DNA of 64,000 bases from the human T2T-CHM13v2.0 reference genome, Homo sapiens: assembly GCA_009914755.4 (NCBI GenBank), contig CP068257.2, positions 8,864,001 through 8,928,000 of the forward strand, written 5' to 3'. Position numbers and translations under genes: made by a program. Positions 58,301-64,000 of the stretch are shown here, in pieces. How positions within the stretch are numbered: position 1 is the first letter of the stretch; every line of letters begins with the position of its first letter. A model generated the notes under the pieces. That model did not search any database and had not been told where the DNA came from. It saw nothing but the letters and a program-made list of their open reading frames with translations.

Positions 58301-61300
58301 GGAGACCATTCCATTCCATTCGAGTCCTTTCCATTCCATTCCATTCGAGTCCATTCCATTCCATTTCATTCTATTCGAATCCATTCCATTCCATTCTATT
58401 TGATTCTATTCTTTTCCATTCCATTCCATTACGTTGCATTCAATTTATTCCATTCCATTCCATTCCATTCTTGTACATTTCTTTATATTCCATTGCATTC
58501 CATTGCATTGCATTTCATTCCATTTGAGTCCGTTCCATTCCATTCTTGTCCATTCCATTCCATTCCATTCCGTTGGAGTCCTTTCCATTCCATTTCATTT
58601 GAGTCCATTCCATTCCATTTCATTACATTCGTGTGGATTCCTCTCCATTCCATTCGAGTCCATTCCGTTTCATTCGGGTGGATTCTTTTCCATTCCATTA
58701 GAGTCCATTCCATTACATTCCGTTCGAGTCCATTCCATTAGATTCCATTCCATTCCATTCCATTCGTGTCGATTCCATTCCATTATATTCCATTCTAGTC
58801 CATTCCATTTCATTCCACTCGGGTCCATTCCATTCGATTCCATTCCATTGGAGTCCATTGCATTCCATTCCATTCCATTCCATTCCATTCCATTCCATTG
58901 GTTTCCATTCCATTCCATTCCATTCCATTCGTGTGAATTTCATGCAATTATTTTCGAGTCCATTCCATTCCATTCCATTCTGTTCCATTCGCATCCTCTT
59001 CATTCCCTTCCATTCTATTCTACTCTTGTCGTTTCCATTCTATTCCACTACATTTCAATCCATTCCATTCCATTAGTGTCCATTCCTTCCATTCAATTCC
59101 ATTCCTTTCTTTTACATTCCATTCCATTCGATTCCACTCCCTTCCATTCCATTCAATTCCGTTTCACTCCATTACATTCCATTCAAGTCCATTCCATCGC
59201 ATTCGATTCCATACCGTTCCATTTCATTCCATTTTGGTCCTTTCCAATCCCTTCCATTCGAGTTCATTTCATTCCATTCCAGTCCATTCCATTCCATTTC
59301 TTTTAAGTCTATTCCATTCCATTCCATTCCATTCCATTCCATTCCATTCCATTTCATTCCATGCCATTCGAGTCTTTTTCATTTCAATCCACCGGAGTCC
59401 ATTCCATTCCATTGCTGTCCATTCCATTCCATTCCATTAGACTCCATTCCATTCCTTATGAGTGCATTCCTTTCCATTCTATTCCACTGAAGTCGATTCC
59501 ATTCAATTCCCTTCCATTCCATTCCATTGCATTCATTTCCATTCCTTTTGAGTCCATTCCATTCCAGTCCAATCTATTTGAGTAAATTTCGTTCCGTTAA
59601 CTTGCATTCCATTCGAGTCCATTCCATTCCGTTACATTCCATTATATTCGAGTTCATTCAATTCCGTTCCTTTCCATTTAACTCCATTCCACTCCGTTCC
59701 ATTTGAGTCCACTCCATTCCTCTCAATTCCATTCGAGTACATTCCATTGTATTCCTTTCGAATCCATTGTATTACATTCCATTCCATTCGATCCAATTCA
59801 ATGCCATCCATTCCTTTCCATTCGAGTCCATTCCATTCCATTCCATTGGAGTCCATTCCATTTCATTCCATTCCATTCCAGCCCAAGATGTTCCAACCCT
59901 TTCCATTCGAGTCCACTCTATTGCATTCCATTCCATTCGCGTACATTCCGTCCTGTTCCATTCGAGTCTGTTCCATTCCATTTCATTGGATTCCAATCCA
60001 TTAGAGTCCATTACTTTAAATTCCATGCAATTCCACTCGATTCCTTTCCAATACATTTAATTCAAGTCCATTCCATTCAAACCCTTTCCATTCCAGTCCA
60101 TTCTATTCCATTCCATTCTTTTCCATTCCATTCCATTCTATTCCATTTGAGCCGATTCCATTCCATTGCATTTAATTCGAGTCAATTCCATTCCATTCCA
60201 TTCCATTTAGGTCCAGTCCCTTCAATTCCATTCGAGTCAATTCCATTCCATTCCATTCGAGTATATTCCTTTGCATTCTATTCCATTTGAGTCCATTCCT
60301 TTCCATTCCATTCGAGTCCATTCCATTCCATTTGACTCAGGTACATTGATTACATTCCATTCCTTTCGAATATATTCCATTCTATTCCTTTCAAGTCTAT
60401 TCCATTCCATTTCATTAGATTCCATTTCATTAAATTCCATTTTAATCTATTCGAGATCATTCCATTCCATTCCGTTCCCTTCATGTCCATTCCATTCTAT
60501 TCGAGTCCATTCCATTCCATTCCTTTCGAGTCCAATCCAGTACATTACATTCTCTTCCATTCAAGTCCATTCCATTGCATACCATTCCATTCCATTCCAT
60601 TCCATTCCATCCCATTCCATTAGGGTGAATTCCTTTCCATTCGATTCGGGTCCATTCCATTCCATTACATTACATTAACTTGTAATCTATTAAATTCCAT
60701 GCCATAGCATTAGAGTACATTCCATTCCATTCCTTTCCATTTCATTCAATTCCATTTCATTCCATTCGAGTCCATTTCATTCCATTACATTCCATTCCAT
60801 TCGAGTCCATTCCATACCATTACATTCCGTTGGACTTGAATCCATTAAATTCCTTTTGATTCCATTCGAATCCATTCCACTCCAACCCATTCGATTCTAT
60901 TTGATTCCATTCCATTCCACTCCAGTCCTTTCCATTCCATTCGAGTCCATTTCATTCCGTAACATTCAAATCCAATGCATTCCTTTCCATTGTATACCAT
61001 GACATTCCATTCGAGTCCATTTCAATCTATTCTATTGAATTCGAGTCCATTGCATTTCATTCCACATGAGTCCATTCCACTCCATTCCACTCGAGTCCAT
61101 TTCATTCCTTTCCATTCAATTGGAGTTCATTCCATTCCATTTGAGTCCATTCCTTTCCAGTCCATTCGATTCGATTGCATTCTATTCCATTCAGCTCCAT
61201 TCCATTCCATTCCACTCCATTCCATTCCATTCCACTCCATTCCATTCTGTTCAATTCCATTCCATTCCACTGCACTCCATTCCATTCCATTCCATTTCAT

Positions 61301-64000
61301 TCGTGTCCATTTCATTCGTGTCTTTTCCATTCCATTCCACCTGAGTCCATTCCTTTCCATTCAATTCCATTCGAATCCCTTCCTTTCCTTTCCATTAAAG
61401 TCCATTACATTAGATGCTAATCCTTTAAAAGCCATTCTACTCCTTTCGAGTCCATTCCATTCCTTTGCATTTGAGTCCATTCCATTCCATTCAATTCTAT
61501 TACAATCCAGTCCATTCCTTTGTATTCCATGCCTATCCATTCCATTCCATTCCATTCGTTTCAATTCCATTCCATTCCATTGGAGTCCATTCCATTCCAT
61601 TCGAGTCTGTTCCATTCCATTGCTTTTCATTCCAATACATTCCACTGCATTTCATTTCATTCGAGTGCATTCCATTCCAATACACTCGAGTCAATTCCAT
61701 TCCATTCCATTTCATTTGGGTCCATTCATTTCATTCATGTCCATTCCATTCTATTTCATTCCTTTCAAGTCCTTTTCATTCCATTCCATTCCATTCAATT
61801 CCACTCCTTTCCATTCCATTAAATTGCATTCCATTCCTTTCCATTTCTTTCAGGTCCTTTCAATTCAGCTGCATTCCATTCGAGTCCATTCCATTCCATT
61901 CAATCCCATTCGAGTCCATTCCATTAAATTCCGTTCCATTCCATTCCATTCCATTCCTTTCCATTCAGTTCCATTCGGATCAATTCCATGCCATTCCATT
62001 CGAGTCCATTCCAATCCATTCCATTCCATTCCGTTCCATTCGAGTCCATTCCATTCCATTCAATTCCACTCCATTTGAATCCATTCCATTCCATTCGAGT
62101 CCATTCCTTTCCATTCCATTCCATTCGAGTCCACTCCATTCCATTCCATTCCATTCCACACGAGTCCTCTCCATTCTATTCCACTCCATTTCAATCCATT
62201 CCATTCCATTCGAGTGCATTCCTTTCTATTCCATTCCATTCTATTACATTCCATTCCATTCGAGTCCATTCCCTTCCATTCCATTCAATTCCATTCCACT
62301 CCATTCCATTCCATTCAAGTCCATTCCATCCCATTTGATTCCATTCAATTCCATTCCATTCCATTTGTGTTCTTTCCATTCCTTTCCATTCGAGTTATTT
62401 CCATTTTAATCGAGTCCATTCCATTCCATTCCTTTCGAGTCTTTTCCATTCCATTCCATTGGATTCCATTCCATTTTATTCCATTCTTTTCGAGTCCTTT
62501 CCATTTGATTCCATTCGAGTCCATTCCATTCCATTCCAATCCATTCGTGTCCATTCCATTTCATTGAATTCAAATCTATTCCATTTCATTCCAATCATTT
62601 CGAGTCCATCCCATTTCATTGAATTCGAATCTATTCCATTTCATTCCAATCATTTCGAGTCCATTCCATTGCACTGTAGACAATTCCTTTCCAATCCATT
62701 CCATTCCTTTCCATTCCATTCGATTCAATTCCATTCCATTCCATTCTATTCCATTCCATTCCAAACCATTACATTCCTTTCTAGTCCATTCCATTCCATT
62801 CCACTCCATTTTAGTAAATTTCATTTCAGTAACTTCCATTCCATTCTAGTCCATTCCATTCCGTTACATTTCATTCCATTTGAGTCCATTCAATTCCATT
62901 CCATTCCATTCCAATTGATTCCATTCCAATCCGTACCATTCGAGTCCACTCTTTTCCTCACCATTCCGTTTGAGTACGTTTCCTTCTATTCCATTGGAAC
63001 CCATTGCATTACATTCCATTCTATTCGAACGAATTCATTTCCATTCCATTCCATTCTGTTCGATTCCATTCCATTCCATTCGAGTCTATTCCATTCCAAT
63101 CCATTTGAGTGAATTCCTTTTCATTCCATTCCATTCGTGTCCATTCCGTTCCAAACTTTCCATTCGAGTCCATTCCATTGCATTCCATTCCATTTGAATA
63201 CATCCTATTCTATTTCATTCGTTTCCATTCCATTCCATTTCACTGGACTCCATTCCATTAGAGTCCATTCCATTAAATTTCATTATATTCCATTCGAGTC
63301 ATTTCCTTTCCGTTGTAGTCCATTCCATTCCATTCGAGTCCATTTCACTCCTTTCCATTCCTGTCCATTCCTTTCCATTCCATTCCATTCCATTCCATTC
63401 CATTCCATGCTATTCCATTTGAGTCCATTAAATTCCAAGCCATTCAAATCCATTCCATTCAAACCCATTACATTCCAGTCCATTCTATTTCATTCCATTA
63501 GAATCCAATCCATTCCATTCCATTCCATTCAAGTCCATGCCGTCCCATTTGATTACATTCAATTCCATTCCATTCCATTTGTGTTCTTTCCATTCCATTC
63601 CATTCGAGTTCTTTCCATTTTAATCGAGTCCATTCCATTCCCTTCCTTTCGAGTCTTTTCCATTCCATTCCATTGGATTCCATTCCATTTTATTCCATTC
63701 CTTTCGAGTCCTTTCCATTTGATTCCATTCGAGTCCATTCCATTCTATTCCAATCCATTCGTGTCCGTTCCATTTCATTGAATTCGAATCTATTCTATTT
63801 CATTCCAATCATTTTGAGTCCATTCCATTCCATTTCATTCCACTGTAGACAGTTCCTTTCCTTTCCATTCCATTCCTTTCGATTCGATTCCATTCCATTC
63901 CATTCTATTCCATTCCATTCCAAACCATTCCATTCCTTTCTAGTCCATTCCATTCCATTCCACTCCATTTTAGTAAATTTCATTTCATTAACTTCCATTC
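58300..64000. repeat. Distinct (CATTC)n-derived satellite subfamily punctuated by CGAGTCC / CGAATCC / CGTGTCC motifs (HSat2/HSat3B-like); extends beyond the window end
   Basis: From ~58300 the CTCGAGTTGATTCC and CGAGGCCACTTCATTCC punctuation of the previous block disappears. It is replaced by CATTCGAGTCCATTCC and variants every ~20-60 bp, with shorter CATTC runs and higher CpG periodicity. Without a reference I cannot decide between an HSat2 and an HSat3 subfamily. Confidence 0.7.

Noticed and set aside
40729-64000. Very long ORFs on both strands in the pentameric satellite (e.g. 60975..62078 of 367 aa, 61465..62409 of 314 aa, 55131..56039 of 302 aa, 43715..44599 of 294 aa), translating as HSIPF… or MEWNG… repeats
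   Set aside because: They are artefacts of (CATTC)n/(GGAAT)n, which lacks stop codons in several frames. Overlapping ORFs are found in multiple frames and on both strands, they have non-ATG starts, and their amino-acid periodicity mirrors the 5-bp DNA repeat. There is no coding signal.

Overview
This window is primate pericentromeric heterochromatin, most likely human or another hominid; it is not a gene-bearing or prokaryotic locus. Overall verdict: no novel biological system is present. From left to right: (1) 1-7278 is divergent monomeric alpha satellite (171-bp monomers) in consensus orientation, made only of A-type (pJalpha-box) monomers with no CENP-B boxes. (2) 7279-13322 is a full-length (~6.04 kb) LINE-1 of an older L1PA-type subfamily on the minus strand. 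It has a 5'UTR, an ORF1 in two fragments, and an ORF2 split into EN, RT and C-terminal pieces by frameshifts and stops; it is therefore inactive. (3) 13323-40728 is alpha satellite in the opposite orientation with alternating A-type and B-type (CENP-B-box) monomers. Embedded at ~18330-34250 is a short higher-order-repeat (HOR) array: a ~20-monomer, 3.42-kb unit present in ~4.6 copies that differ by whole-monomer indels. (4) 40729-~58300 is a (CATTC)n / (GGAAT)n HSat3-type satellite with local segmental duplications. (5) ~58300-64000 is a different (CATTC)n-derived subfamily punctuated by CGAGTCC motifs, HSat2/HSat3-like. Almost all ORFs in the supplied track are artefacts of translating tandem repeats; only the minus-strand ORFs inside the L1 are real coding remnants. 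The observations worth checking are structural: the alpha-satellite strand switch at the L1 without a target-site duplication, the monomer copy-number differences between HOR copies, the abrupt alpha/HSat3 junction, and the subfamily shifts within the pentameric satellite.
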